Assembly (NCBI GenBank): GCA_945889235.1
Contig: CAMDBK010000002.1
Location: 245 to 64,244 of the forward strand
Direction of reading: 5' to 3'
DNA length: 64,000 nucleotides
DNA from: Chitinophaga pinensis
Lineage (GTDB): Bacteria; Bacteroidota; Bacteroidia; SXHM01
Below, one piece after another: positions 27,468 through 38,079 of the stretch. Numbering within the stretch: position 1 is the stretch's first letter; the number at the start of each line of letters is the position of its first letter. The position numbers and the translations under genes were made by a program. The notes under the pieces were generated by a model. That model was not told the origin of the DNA, did no database searches, and saw nothing but the letters and a program-made list of their open reading frames with translations.

Positions 27468-27501
27468 AAAAAACCTTTACCGGTATTAGTAAAGGTTTTT
27501 T
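27468..27501. terminator. Bidirectional intrinsic terminator-like hairpin
   Basis: A 13-bp stem AAAAAACCTTTAC / GTAAAGGTTTTTT with an 8-nt loop. A/T runs on both sides. It lies just downstream of queA. Confidence 0.65.
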
Positions 27502-27525
27502 GCAAATAGTTGATTAGTATAAAAA

Positions 27526-28575
27526 TTACAGAATGAGCATCGCATCACCATACGTGAAGAAACGATACTTTTCTTTTACAGCTTGTTTGTAGGCTTCCAT
27601 CAGAAAATCAAATCCTGCAAATGCTGAAACCATCATCAACAGGGTTGATTGTGGCGTATGAAAGTTAGTAACCATGCAGTTTGCAACACTGAAATCATAT
27701 GGAGGAAAAATGAATTTGCTGGTCCATCCGTCATAAGGTTTAACGTGACCGGTAGTAGCAACCGATGATTCAATGGCGCGCATAACGGTAGTTCCAACTG
27801 CGCAAACTTTTTTCTTGTTGTCTTTTGATTTATTGATGATATCGCAGGCTTCCTGAGAGATGATTATTTGCTCGGAATCCATTTTATGTTTGGTTAAATC
27901 TTCTACTTCCACAGGACGGAAAGTACCCAACCCAACGTGCAATGTTATTTCAGCAAAGTTCACACCTTTCAGTTCAAGACGTTTCAACAGTTCACGGCTG
28001 AAGTGCAAACCGGCAGTAGGAGCAGCAACAGCACCTTCGTGCTTTGCAAACACAGTCTGGTAGCGGTCTTTATCATCTTCTTCGGGTTTGCGTTTGATGT
28101 ATTTAGGAAGTGGTGTTTGTCCTAAAGCTTCTATTGTTTTTTTGAATTCAGGATATTCTCCGTCAAAAAGAAAACGCAGTGTTCTTCCGCGTGAAGTAGT
28201 GTTGTCAATTACCTCAGCAACCAATGAATCATCATCACCGAAATAGAGTTTATTTCCGATACGGATTTTACGTGCAGGGTCAACTAAAACGTCCCACAGG
28301 CGGCTTTCGCGGTTGAGTTCGCGCAAAAGAAACACTTCAATATTGGCACCGGTTTTTTCTTTGTTACCATAAAGGCGGGCAGGAAAAACTTTAGTGTTGT
28401 TTAAAATTATTGAGTCACCATCTTTGAAATATTCCTTGATGTCTTTGAACTGTTTGTGCTCAATAGTTTTCTTTGCGCGGTTAAGAACCATCAGGCGTGA
28501 TTCATCCCTGTTTTTGGCAGGGTGCATGGCAATAAGGTCGTTGTTAAATTTGTATTTAAATTGTGAAAGCTTCAT
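27526..28575 (-). CDS. queA: S-adenosylmethionine:tRNA ribosyltransferase-isomerase
   Basis: Full-length match to the QueA pattern ([13 protein letters not shown]...RD.SRLMV; VGTT..R.LES). Confidence 0.95.
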   Translation of the reverse strand: MKLSQFKYKFNNDLIAMHPAKNRDESRLMVLNRAKKTIEHKQFKDIKEYFKDGDSIILNNTKVFPARLYGNKEKTGANIEVFLLRELNRESRLWDVLVDPARKIRIGNKLYFGDDDSLVAEVIDNTTSRGRTLRFLFDGEYPEFKKTIEALGQTPLPKYIKRKPEEDDKDRYQTVFAKHEGAVAAPTAGLHFSRELLKRLELKGVNFAEITLHVGLGTFRPVEVEDLTKHKMDSEQIIISQEACDIINKSKDNKKKVCAVGTTVMRAIESSVATTGHVKPYDGWTSKFIFPPYDFSVANCMVTNFHTPQSTLLMMVSAFAGFDFLMEAYKQAVKEKYRFFTYGDAMLIL

Positions 28576-28675
28576 ATTAAGTTACGGCTTAATTTATAGG
28601 TGAGTAATTTTTGAAAAGGGGTGCGAAGATAATACAAGAAAAAGCCGATGGCGGAAATATTTTATAATCTGCTTA

Positions 28676-29374
28676 TTAGGCAGTAGTTACAGTTAGATTT
28701 TGCCTGAAATCATCCATAGAAATGGCATTTTCAAGCCTGAAATTTCCTGAGCGGGTACGGCATAAATTTTCGAGGTAGGCACCCGAGTTTAAAGCATAGC
28801 CAAAATCAAACGCGAGCGATCGGATATAAGTGCCTTTGCTGCACACCACACGAAAATCTGTTTTTATTAGTTTTTCTTCTCTGCGGATTGAAACAATCTC
28901 AAATTCTTTGATGGTAATTTTACGCGCTTCCAGTTTTGCTTCTTTGCCTTTACGTGCTAATTCATAAGCACGTTCACCGTCAATTTTTTTTGCTGAAAAG
29001 ATAGGAGGCATTTGTTCTATTTCACCCAAAAACAGGTTAGTGGCAGCATAAATTTTTTCATCGGTGATATGTTCAGTCGGAAACCATTTATCAATAAGTT
29101 TTTCCAAATCATAACAAGGTGTAGTCGCTCCAATAGAAAATGTTCCGGTATATTCTTTTTCGTCTGCCTGATATTTGTCTGCGTTCTTGGTTTCTTTTCC
29201 GGTGCAAACAATCAGAACTCCGGTGGCAAGCGGGTCTAATGTTCCGGCATGACCAACTTTTATTTTGGGATTTTTGCCGATGAGGTTGCGAACTTTATGA
29301 ACTACATCAAAGGATGTCCAGCCCAAAGGTTTGTTGATAATAATAACTGCGCCTTCTCTGTAATTGACAGGCAT
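28676..29374 (-). CDS. truB: tRNA pseudouridine(55) synthase
   Basis: The KP.GWTSFDVV..VR and GHAGTLDP.A.GVL catalytic Asp motif are present. Confidence 0.95.
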   Translation of the reverse strand: MPVNYREGAVIIINKPLGWTSFDVVHKVRNLIGKNPKIKVGHAGTLDPLATGVLIVCTGKETKNADKYQADEKEYTGTFSIGATTPCYDLEKLIDKWFPTEHITDEKIYAATNLFLGEIEQMPPIFSAKKIDGERAYELARKGKEAKLEARKITIKEFEIVSIRREEKLIKTDFRVVCSKGTYIRSLAFDFGYALNSGAYLENLCRTRSGNFRLENAISMDDFRQNLTVTTA

Positions 29375-30180
29375 TACATGATTTTTAATTCGTGTCCTGT
29401 GGCAAGGAGAGCAAGCAAAAATAAACCAAGAGCAATCCTGTACCAGCCAAAAAATTTGAACCCGTATTTGGTAAGAAACGAAATGAAAAATTTGATGGCA
29501 AGCATGGCAACTATAAAGGCGACAAGGTTTCCGAAAAGAAGAATGTCGAGATTATCAGCTGTTATTTCTTTGTAGCCTTTCAGCATTTTATAAGCTGATG
29601 CGGCAAACATGGTGGGTACAGCAAGAAAGAAAGAAAACTCAGCAGCTGTTTTGCGATTTAGCTTTTGTGCCATTCCACCAATAATGGTTGCTGCTGAACG
29701 GGAAACTCCGGGTATCATGGCAATGCACTGAAACAAACCGATGTAAAGCGCTTTTTTGTAATCCACTTTTTCTTCGGGATTTTCTCCCTCTCCTTTGGAG
29801 AGGGTTGGGGAGAGGCTAAACCATTTGTCAACAAACAAAAGAATAACACCGCCTATTAATAAGGAGGAAGCAACCACCCAAACATTTTCCAGTAAGCTGT
29901 CAATAAAATCACCGAGTAGAAAGCCAATTACAGCAGCAGGAATAAAGGCAACCAAAAGTTTGTAATAAAAATCAAGCGACTGAAAGAAGCGTTTCCAGTA
30001 CAAAACCACAACTGAAAGAATTGCTCCAAACTGAATATTGACTTCAAAGATTTTAACGAACGGACTTTCGTTGATGCCCATGAATGCCGAAGCAATAATC
30101 ATGTGTCCTGTTGAGGAAACCGGAATAAATTCGGTTATTCCTTCTACAATGGCGAGAATGAGGGCTTGGAGGAAAGACAA
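29374..30180 (-). CDS. uppP: Undecaprenyl-diphosphate phosphatase
   Basis: [14 protein letters not shown] and [10 protein letters not shown] are BacA/UppP signatures. Its stop overlaps the truB start by 1 nt. Confidence 0.95.
   Translation of the reverse strand: MSFLQALILAIVEGITEFIPVSSTGHMIIASAFMGINESPFVKIFEVNIQFGAILSVVVLYWKRFFQSLDFYYKLLVAFIPAAVIGFLLGDFIDSLLENVWVVASSLLIGGVILLFVDKWFSLSPTLSKGEGENPEEKVDYKKALYIGLFQCIAMIPGVSRSAATIIGGMAQKLNRKTAAEFSFFLAVPTMFAASAYKMLKGYKEITADNLDILLFGNLVAFIVAMLAIKFFISFLTKYGFKFFGWYRIALGLFLLALLATGHELKIM
29784..29816. repeat. GEG-type palindromic element, copy inside uppP (33 nt, in frame)
   Basis: ctccctctcctttggagagggttggggagaggc. It closely matches 49332-49364 and is translated as [12 protein letters not shown] in UppP. 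Confidence 0.8.
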
Positions 30181-30187
30181 GGTTTTT

Positions 30188-30255
30188 GGGTAATTGGGTG
30201 ATTAAGGTAATCAGGTAATTCAGGTTTGACCAATTACCGTAATTACCAAGTTACC
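30188..30255. repeat. Heptamer-built hairpin (GGTAATT-type units, then inverted AATTACC units)
   Basis: gggtaattgggtgattaaggtaatcaggtaattcaggtttgaccaattaccgtaattaccaagttacc. It lies between uppP and the DUF3098 gene. Confidence 0.7.
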
Positions 30256-30263
30256 ATTATAAA

Positions 30264-30512
30264 CTAATCCTTAGGTTTTTTCATGATTGCGAAAATCTCA
30301 ATCACAAAACCGGTGATAACAATAATAGGTGCAAGTGTAATTCTGCGGAAAGAAAAAATTTCTTCGCTGAAAACATTGGGGTCGTTAGAACCACCGCCTG
30401 TCATAAGTATAAATCCTACAACTATAAATGCAAGACCTGCAAGCATGAGAATATAATTTTCTTTCCCGAAGGCAAGGTCTGTTTTTTTAGTTTCCGTTTT
30501 TTGTGTGCTCAT
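30264..30512 (-). CDS. DUF3098-like small membrane protein
   Basis: 82 aa with two TM helices. It occupies the conserved position between ftsX and uppP in Bacteroidota. Confidence 0.65.
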   Translation of the reverse strand: MSTQKTETKKTDLAFGKENYILMLAGLAFIVVGFILMTGGGSNDPNVFSEEIFSFRRITLAPIIVITGFVIEIFAIMKKPKD

Positions 30513-30523
30513 GTTTTAGTGTA

Positions 30524-31399
30524 TTAATAATATAAATCGTCTCCTTTCAGTTTTAAATATTTACGGACTGCGAATGTAGTGGAAAGCCATGAAATAAGTG
30601 CACCGGCTGCAATTACTCCTGTAAATAATATTGCAGTAATAATAAATTCCTGTAAGGCAAAAAGTTCAGGTGCTTCTTTCCGTACAAAAAGAATTACAAA
30701 TAACAACATGATGTTTGCTATTCCTGCGCCAATTAAACCTCTTATGATTCCGCTGATTACAAAAGGCTTGCGGATGAATTCCTGTGTAGCGCCAACCAAT
30801 TGCATACTCTTTATAATAAAGCGTTTTGAGTAGACCGAAAGACGGATGGTATTATTAATAAGCGCGATGGCAACAATGCTTAACAACGCACAAAAAATTA
30901 AAATAATCAATCCCATTTTACGCACGTTGCGGTTGATGACTTCAACTAATGATTTTTGATAATACACTTCATGAACTTTAGGATCTTTCATTAATTCTGT
31001 TTCCAGTTTTGCAAGACTGTCGGGTGTTGCATACGCAGCTTTCAGGCGCACATCAATGGAAGGCAACAACGGGTTGTATCCTAAAAAGTCAACAAAGTCT
31101 TCACCCAAATCTTCTTTCAGGCGTTTGGCCGCCTCATCTTTGCTGATAAATTCGGTTGACTTTACATTGGGACTTGCATCCATAAATTTCTGCATTTTCA
31201 GAATATCCACTTCTTTGGTATTGTCTTTCATAATCACCGATAGCCCAATATTTTCTTTCACATAAATAGAAAGCGTTTGTGCATAGAGCATAATCAGTCC
31301 GAGTATTCCGATAAGGAATAAAACCAATGAAATACTTACTACTGCCGAGATATTTGAATTGCGGACTTTTCGCTTGTGCGCTATTTCTTCGTCTGTCAT
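30524..31399 (-). CDS. ftsX: Cell-division permease-like protein FtsX
   Basis: 291 aa with N-terminal TM, periplasmic domain and 3 C-terminal TMs, the FtsX-like permease pattern. Confidence 0.8.
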   Translation of the reverse strand: MTDEEIAHKRKVRNSNISAVVSISLVLFLIGILGLIMLYAQTLSIYVKENIGLSVIMKDNTKEVDILKMQKFMDASPNVKSTEFISKDEAAKRLKEDLGEDFVDFLGYNPLLPSIDVRLKAAYATPDSLAKLETELMKDPKVHEVYYQKSLVEVINRNVRKMGLIILIFCALLSIVAIALINNTIRLSVYSKRFIIKSMQLVGATQEFIRKPFVISGIIRGLIGAGIANIMLLFVILFVRKEAPELFALQEFIITAILFTGVIAAGALISWLSTTFAVRKYLKLKGDDLYY

Positions 31400-31423
31400 T
31401 TATTTTTTGAAAGCGCGGCTAAA

Positions 31424-32830
31424 TTAGTTGTTTTGCGAAACAAAATCAGACTTAGGGATATTGGTTTTTGCAATGGCATTAAAGCCACCGCCAATTTCGG
31501 TAAAGTTGCGGTAGCCCCGTGCCTGCAGAATACTTGCTGCTATCATGCTGCGGTAACCTCCTGCGCAGTGCATGAAAAAATGTTCACCGGGATTTATGTC
31601 CTTTACCCAGTCATTAATAGTTGCCAGGGGTTTGTTTTCTGCATCGCTTATATGCGCTGAGGCATATTCTGTTTCTCTGCGGATGTCCACTATTTTACTT
31701 TCACCATTCTTAAATTTTGCAGCAAATTCATCAGGAGTAATGCGGTTAACAGTATCTGTTTCTTTTCCTGAATCAATCCATGTTTTTATTCCGCCCTTCA
31801 AATGTCCGAGTAAATTATCAAAACCAACGCGGCTTAAACGGGTAACACTTTCTTCTTCTTTTCCCAAATCTGTTACAAGAAGCAAAGGCTGATTTACATT
31901 GGCTAACAATGCGCCCACCCAGGGAGCAAATTCACCGTTCAACCCAATGCTTATTGATTGCGGAATAAAGCCTTTCCAGAATTCATTATTGCTGCGTGTG
32001 TCCAGAATAAGTGCGCCTGCTGTTTCGGCTTCTGCTTCAAATTCTGCGGCTGACAGGGCTTTCATGCCGTGATTAAGTACGCTTTCAAAACTTTCGTATC
32101 CTTTTTTATTCATGGCTACATTCATTCCAAAATAGGCAGGAGGAGGAAGCAAACCATCAGTAACTTCTTTTATAAACTCTGCTTCAGTCATGTTAGCACG
32201 CAGCGCATAATTAAATTGTTTCTGATTGCCGATTGTTGAAACAGTTTCTTTGCTCATGTTTTTTCCGCAAGCGCTTCCCGCACCGTGTGCAGGGTACACA
32301 ATCACCTCATCGGGAAGAGTCATTATTTTATCGCGCAGTGAATGATACAATATTCCTGCAAGTTGTTCCTGAGTCATATTGGTGGCTTTCTGCGCCAGAT
32401 CAGGACGACCAACATCACCGATAAAAAGTGTATCACCCGAAAAAATGGCGTGCTCTTTTCCATTTTCGTCAATCAATAAATAGGTAGTGCTTTCCATGGT
32501 ATGACCGGGAGTGTGCAGCACTTTTATTTTGAGTTTTCCAAGTTCAAATAGTTGTCCGTCAGTTGCGCTTATGCAATCAAACTCGCAGGCGGCATTGGGT
32601 CCATAAACAATGGGAGCGGATGTTTTGCGACTGAGGTCAACATGTCCGCTAACAAAGTCGGCATGAAAATGTGTTTCAAAAATGTATTTCAGTTTTACGC
32701 CATCACGTTGAAGGCGGTCAAGGTAAGGTTGTATTTCGCGCAGCGGGTCAATGATTGCGGCTTCGTCATTATCGGTAATATAATAGGCGCCTTGCGCAAG
32801 GCAGCCGGTGTAGATTTGTTCTATGGTCAT
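31424..32830 (-). CDS. MBL-fold hydrolase (persulfide-dioxygenase-like) fused to two rhodanese domains
   Basis: THFHADFVSGH metallo-beta-lactamase motif, followed by two rhodanese-like modules. The second has the active-site loop CAGGYRS. Confidence 0.85.
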   Translation of the reverse strand: MTIEQIYTGCLAQGAYYITDNDEAAIIDPLREIQPYLDRLQRDGVKLKYIFETHFHADFVSGHVDLSRKTSAPIVYGPNAACEFDCISATDGQLFELGKLKIKVLHTPGHTMESTTYLLIDENGKEHAIFSGDTLFIGDVGRPDLAQKATNMTQEQLAGILYHSLRDKIMTLPDEVIVYPAHGAGSACGKNMSKETVSTIGNQKQFNYALRANMTEAEFIKEVTDGLLPPPAYFGMNVAMNKKGYESFESVLNHGMKALSAAEFEAEAETAGALILDTRSNNEFWKGFIPQSISIGLNGEFAPWVGALLANVNQPLLLVTDLGKEEESVTRLSRVGFDNLLGHLKGGIKTWIDSGKETDTVNRITPDEFAAKFKNGESKIVDIRRETEYASAHISDAENKPLATINDWVKDINPGEHFFMHCAGGYRSMIAASILQARGYRNFTEIGGGFNAIAKTNIPKSDFVSQNN

Positions 32831-33050
32831 TGCTCAATAATCTTTTGAACAACAAAGATGCAAAGATGTTTTGGAATAAAATACATTTCGTTCTCTTCTG
32901 AATTTTCAGAAAGGTTTGTGTTTAAAATTTTTCAGAAAAAAGAGTTGCCTTTCAGAGAAACGCTGAAGTAGAAAAAATCCCTCTTTCCAAATTTTTTCTT
33001 TTCTTTGCCTGCCAGCCAACCAGAAAGGCAATCCACAAAGAAAAACCAAA

Positions 33051-35858
33051 ATGAAGCGACTGAGTTTATTAGCCTTATTAATTAGTGCATCCGTTCAACT
33101 TTTTGCCCAGAATATTACTGGCGTTATCAAAGACCAGAAATCGGGTGAGTCACTTATAGGTGCAAGCGTTGTTATTAAAGGCACAAGCATAGGAGCTGTT
33201 ACCGATTTTGACGGCAAATTTTCGTTCAATCCCAAAGACCAGAAAGCGCCTTACACCCTTATAATTTCTTATATCGGATACGATAGCCAGGAAAAAGTTT
33301 TGCAATCTGCATCCACACCGCTCAACATAAATTTAGGCAGCAGTAAAATTGCCCTGAAAGAAGCTACCAAAATAGAACAACGCATTTCTGAAAAACAAAA
33401 AGAAAGCGCGCTAACGGTGGAGAGTATGGATGTAATTGCCATTAAAGAAACTCCTGCCGCTAATTTTTACGAAGGGCTGGGAGCCCTGAAAGGGGTTGAC
33501 CTTACCAGCGCAAGTATTGGGTTTAAAATCATTAACACACGGGGCTTTAATAGTACCTCGCCCGTGCGTTCACTTCAAATTATTGATGGCGTTGATAACC
33601 AAAGTCCGGGTTTGAATTTTTCGCTCGGGAATTTTTTGGGCGCTTCTGATTTAGATGTATTGAAAGTAGATATTATACAAGGTGCGAGCTCTGCTTTTTA
33701 CGGACCCAATGCTTTTAACGGAGTGCTGAGTATGACTACTAAAAATCCGTTTATAAAACCCGGACTTGCAATACAGTTTAAAGCCGGTGAACGCGGCTTA
33801 CTGGAAACAGCGGTGCGTTTTGCAGAGGTTTTTAAAAACAAAGCAGGTGTTGATAAATTCGCATACAAGATAAACCTGTTTTACATGCAGGCTCACGACT
33901 GGGAAGCCACCAACAGCGACCCTTCTACCTCAAGTCGTGTGGGAAAAGAAAATTCCGGAGGTTATGATGCAGTGAACCGTTATGGTGATGAAAACCTGAC
34001 CAGCGGAATAAACAATGCAACAAGTATAGGGCAGCAGCGCGACTTCCCCGGCCTGGGATTATGGCACCGTGATGGTTACTGGGAAAAAGATTTGGTAAGC
34101 TATGATGCCAAAAATCTGAAAGCTTCATTGGCCATGCACTATAAAATTAAAGACGATGTGGAATTAATTGTTGCCTCTAATTTCGGAACGGGAACCACCG
34201 TTTACCAGGGCGATAACCGCTACAGCCTGAAAGACATTTTGTTTTTTCAAAACCGACTGGAGATTAATAAACGTGATAAATATTTTCTTCGCTTTTATGC
34301 TACTAATGAAGATGCAGGAAAAAGTTATGATGCTGTATTTACTGCCTACCTGATGCAGAATGCCGCAAAAGATAATAACGAGTGGAGTCGTGATTACCGC
34401 AACTTCTGGAGCATTTATGTAAAGAACGATGTGCGCGCACTTCCCGGTTTTCCGCCCACTACTTTTCCGTATGATACTACGGGCGCAAATGCTGTGATGA
34501 ATATGTACATCGATTCTCTTAACAACTGGCATCAGCAGGCGCGTGATTATGCAAACTCTGTCAATACAGTTACAGGTGGAGGAGCTTATTATCAGCCCGG
34601 AACAGCATCGTTTGATAGTTTGAAAAATTCAATTATTTCACGCAATTCTTTTGGTGAGGGCGGCACACGTTTTTATGATAAATCGGCTTTATACCACGTT
34701 CATGGCGAATACAAATTCAAACCTTCTTTTATGGATATTACTGTTGGTGCAAACGGAAGATTGTATACCCCGAATTCACAGGGAACTATTTTCAGCGATA
34801 CCTTGAATAAAGACAGCAGCCGCATAAAAATTTACAATTACGAATATGGTATTTATCTTGGCCTTGAAAAGAAACTGAAAGAAGACAAATGGAAATTTAA
34901 TATTACAGTACGCATGGATAAAAACAGGAATTTTAATTACCTGTTTTCTCCCGCTGCATCAATAATCTGGAACCCGCATAAAAATCATACGTTGCGTGTT
35001 TCTTTCTCAGCTGCTATCCGAAATCCCACGCTGGCCGACCAATACCTGTATTATAATGTAGGCCGCGCAATCCTTATCGGAAACGTAACAGGATATGATT
35101 CACTCATTACACTTCCTTCGCTTCAGAATTATTTTAACTCAACAAGTCTGGATAAAGGGTTGCTTGAATATTTTCATATTGACCCTATACGCCCTGAAAA
35201 AGTTAAGACTGCTGAGATAGGTTACCGCACCTCTTTATTTAACCGATTGTTTTTTGACCTGAATTATTATTTCAGTTATTACACAGATTTTATCGGTTAC
35301 AAACTGGCAGCCGTTGCGCGATTTGACACCATGTTCACTAACCAGATTAATTATTTGCAGGCCTACCGTATTGCATCCAATGCTACAGGTGCTGTAACTA
35401 CACAGGGATTTTCAATTGGTGGAAATTTATTTTTCGCGAAGAATTTTTCATTCAATGCAAATTATTCATGGAACGTATTGAACGAATCATCCGCTTCAAA
35501 AGACCCGATTATTCCTGCATTTAATACACCTGAACATAAATACAATGTTGGAGTAAGCGGTCGTGATTTTGACCTTAATCTCTTCGGCTGGAAAACCAGT
35601 CACTGGGGTTTTAATACCAATTACAAATGGGTAAAAGGATTTGATTACACCGGAAGTCCACAGTTTACGGGCTTTGTACCTTCTTACTATATGGTAGATG
35701 CACAGGTAAATAAATTCATTCCAAAAATTCATTGCACATTTAAAGTAGGAGCTTCAAACCTTACCAATAACAAACAGTTTCAGGTTTATGGCGGACCAAG
35801 AATTGGAAGGATGGCCTACATTTCTATCTTGTTTGAGTTAGAGAAAAAACCAAAATAA
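33051..35858 (+). CDS. TonB-dependent receptor with N-terminal CarboxypepD_reg domain
   Basis: Signal peptide, GVIKDQKSGESLIGASVVIKGTSIGAVTDFDGKFSF, a plug region, and a C-terminal beta-barrel ending in an aromatic residue pattern. Confidence 0.85.
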   Translation: MKRLSLLALLISASVQLFAQNITGVIKDQKSGESLIGASVVIKGTSIGAVTDFDGKFSFNPKDQKAPYTLIISYIGYDSQEKVLQSASTPLNINLGSSKIALKEATKIEQRISEKQKESALTVESMDVIAIKETPAANFYEGLGALKGVDLTSASIGFKIINTRGFNSTSPVRSLQIIDGVDNQSPGLNFSLGNFLGASDLDVLKVDIIQGASSAFYGPNAFNGVLSMTTKNPFIKPGLAIQFKAGERGLLETAVRFAEVFKNKAGVDKFAYKINLFYMQAHDWEATNSDPSTSSRVGKENSGGYDAVNRYGDENLTSGINNATSIGQQRDFPGLGLWHRDGYWEKDLVSYDAKNLKASLAMHYKIKDDVELIVASNFGTGTTVYQGDNRYSLKDILFFQNRLEINKRDKYFLRFYATNEDAGKSYDAVFTAYLMQNAAKDNNEWSRDYRNFWSIYVKNDVRALPGFPPTTFPYDTTGANAVMNMYIDSLNNWHQQARDYANSVNTVTGGGAYYQPGTASFDSLKNSIISRNSFGEGGTRFYDKSALYHVHGEYKFKPSFMDITVGANGRLYTPNSQGTIFSDTLNKDSSRIKIYNYEYGIYLGLEKKLKEDKWKFNITVRMDKNRNFNYLFSPAASIIWNPHKNHTLRVSFSAAIRNPTLADQYLYYNVGRAILIGNVTGYDSLITLPSLQNYFNSTSLDKGLLEYFHIDPIRPEKVKTAEIGYRTSLFNRLFFDLNYYFSYYTDFIGYKLAAVARFDTMFTNQINYLQAYRIASNATGAVTTQGFSIGGNLFFAKNFSFNANYSWNVLNESSASKDPIIPAFNTPEHKYNVGVSGRDFDLNLFGWKTSHWGFNTNYKWVKGFDYTGSPQFTGFVPSYYMVDAQVNKFIPKIHCTFKVGASNLTNNKQFQVYGGPRIGRMAYISILFELEKKPK

Positions 35859-36544
35859 TGTTTAGCAAAGAAATCGGAAACAAAGGAATTCTGATTGCTG
35901 CAATTATTCTTCTTTTGTGGTTTGCGGTTTTTGGTTTTGCACTTTTTCAGCCACTTGATTTATTGGGTTTCTGGGCACTGCCTCTTATTCTTTTGCTCAC
36001 CGAATTATTTACCGGAGTTTTTATTACCGCGCATGATTCTATTCACGGAGTAGTTTACCCTGCCAATAAAAAAATCAATCAGTTCATTGGTGTTTTGTGC
36101 TCGTCATTATTCGCGTTCAATTCTTACGAGCGAATGTACAATAATCATCATGCTCATCATATCAACACGCTTGGAGATGATGATCCTGATTTTCATCACA
36201 GCCGGAAATTTCTGCCCTGGTTTTATTCATTCATCCGGCATTACATCGGCTGGAAACAATTTTTATTTACAGCCATATTCTTTAACCTGATGATGTTTGT
36301 ACTGAAAATAGATGTCGCCAATCTCTTGCTGTTTTATGTGTTGCCCATGTGCCTCAGCACCGTTCAGTTATTTTATTTCGGAACGTATCAGCCGCATAGC
36401 GACATCCATAACAATATCCACAAAAGCGGAACGCAAAACAAAAATCACCTGTGGGCGTTTGTAAGCTGTTTCTTTTTCGGCTATCATTATGAGCATCACG
36501 ATAATCCTTCGGTTCCGTGGTGGAGGATGTACAAGACGAAGTGA
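35858..36544 (+). CDS. crtW: Beta-carotene ketolase-like membrane desaturase
   Basis: Three His boxes in CrtW order and spacing: HDSIHG, HHAHH(x)..DDDPDFHH, and YHYEHHDNPSVPWWRM. The ATG overlaps the TBDR stop by 1 nt. Confidence 0.75.
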   Translation: MFSKEIGNKGILIAAIILLLWFAVFGFALFQPLDLLGFWALPLILLLTELFTGVFITAHDSIHGVVYPANKKINQFIGVLCSSLFAFNSYERMYNNHHAHHINTLGDDDPDFHHSRKFLPWFYSFIRHYIGWKQFLFTAIFFNLMMFVLKIDVANLLLFYVLPMCLSTVQLFYFGTYQPHSDIHNNIHKSGTQNKNHLWAFVSCFFFGYHYEHHDNPSVPWWRMYKTK

Positions 36545-38056
36545 CTATTGTTCCGGCCGCATCTGCGGAAAAAACAAAACTTCCTGAATGCTTTCCTGAT
36601 TAGTCATCAGCATGGTGAGGCGGTCAATTCCAATTCCCATTCCTGAAGTTGGCGGCATTCCGTATTCCAAGGCGCGAAGAAAATCCTGATCAATAAGCAT
36701 TGCTTCGTCATCACCTTTTTCTGAAAGTTTCATTTGTTCTTCAAAGCGCTCACGTTGGTCAATCGGGTCGTTGAGCTCGGTGTAAGCATTTGCAATTTCT
36801 TTTCCGTTCACCATTAATTCAAAGCGCTCAACTAATCCTGATTTGCTTCTGTGCTTTTTGCAAAGCGGTGACATCTCAATCGGATAATCAATAATGAAAG
36901 TTGGCTGAATAAAATTCTTTTCGCACTTCGCTCCGAAAATTTCATCAATCATTTTGCCCTTGCCCATGCTCGGATCCGTCTCGATATGTAATTGTTTGCA
37001 AGCATCACGTAATTGACTTTCATCCATTACAGAAATATCAATGCCGGTGTATTCTTTTATAGCATCATACATACTAATGCGTTTAAAAGGCGGCTTGAAA
37101 TCAATTACTTTTTCACCAACTTTTACCTCAGTTTGTCCATGCAAATCCATTGCAATTTTTTCCAAAAGTGTTTCTGTAAAATCCATCATCCAGAAATAAT
37201 CTTTGTAGGCCACATAAATTTCCAAGACGGTAAATTCAGGATTGTGTGTGCGGTCCATTCCTTCATTTCTAAAATCTTTTGCGAATTCATACACACCGTC
37301 AAAGCCGCCTACAATCAGCCTTTTGAGATACAGTTCATTCGCAATTCTCAGGTAAAGAGGAATGTCGAGAGCATTGTGATGTGTTGTAAAAGGTCGTGCA
37401 GCAGCGCCACCGGGAATGGGTTGCAGAATAGGAGTTTCAACTTCCAGATATCCATTCTTATTAAATATTTCGCGCATGGAATTGATGAGTTGAGTGCGTT
37501 TGATAAATGTATCACGCACTCCTTTATTCACCACCAGATCAACGTATCGCTGACGATAACGCAACTCAGGATTTCCAAAAGCATCGTGCACATTTCCATC
37601 TGCATCTGTTTTTACAACAGGCAGTGGTTTCAATGACTTGCTGAGAAGTTTCAGCGTTTTTACGTGAATAGAAATTTCACCAACCTGTGTGATGAAAACA
37701 TATCCGGTAACACCGATAAAATCTCCGAGGTCAAGATATTTTTTAAAAACATCGTTATATAAAGCCTTGTCTTCACCCGGACAAATTTCATCACGGTTCA
37801 TGTATAGCTGAATTTTTCCGCTGCTATCCTGCAACTCAGCAAAACTTGCTTTGCCCATAATGCGCTTGCCCATCAATCTTCCGGCAATACTTACGTTAGT
37901 ATAGTTAGTTGAATCGGCTGTGTAATGCTGATGAATATCGGCAGCCGAAACATTCACTTCATACATTTCCTGCGGATACGGGTTAATGCCTAATGCTTTT
38001 ATTTTTTCCAACGAATCTCTGCGCTGTATCTCAAGTTCTGTAAGTTCTTTACTCAT
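36545..38056 (-). CDS. lysS: Lysine-tRNA ligase (class II)
   Basis: Full-length LysRS pattern with an OB-fold N-domain and class II motifs (FRNEG, GIGIDRL). Confidence 0.95.
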   Translation of the reverse strand: MSKELTELEIQRRDSLEKIKALGINPYPQEMYEVNVSAADIHQHYTADSTNYTNVSIAGRLMGKRIMGKASFAELQDSSGKIQLYMNRDEICPGEDKALYNDVFKKYLDLGDFIGVTGYVFITQVGEISIHVKTLKLLSKSLKPLPVVKTDADGNVHDAFGNPELRYRQRYVDLVVNKGVRDTFIKRTQLINSMREIFNKNGYLEVETPILQPIPGGAAARPFTTHHNALDIPLYLRIANELYLKRLIVGGFDGVYEFAKDFRNEGMDRTHNPEFTVLEIYVAYKDYFWMMDFTETLLEKIAMDLHGQTEVKVGEKVIDFKPPFKRISMYDAIKEYTGIDISVMDESQLRDACKQLHIETDPSMGKGKMIDEIFGAKCEKNFIQPTFIIDYPIEMSPLCKKHRSKSGLVERFELMVNGKEIANAYTELNDPIDQRERFEEQMKLSEKGDDEAMLIDQDFLRALEYGMPPTSGMGIGIDRLTMLMTNQESIQEVLFFPQMRPEQ

Positions 38057-38067
38057 TCTGTTTTTTT

Positions 38068-38075
38068 CAAATATA
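38068..38075 (-). promoter_or_regulatory. Candidate -7 box (CAAATATA on + strand)
   Basis: Reverse-complement TATATTTG matches TAnnTTTG, 12 nt upstream of the lysS ATG. Confidence 0.45.
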
Positions 38076-38079
38076 TATT

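Noticed and set aside
32850-33050. Possible riboswitch or leader upstream of the TonB-dependent receptor (three ttcaga(a/g)a repeats and a TTGCCT...AGGCAA hairpin)
   Set aside because: I could not match any conserved riboswitch core, such as the cobalamin B12-box or a TPP motif. The structure is weak.
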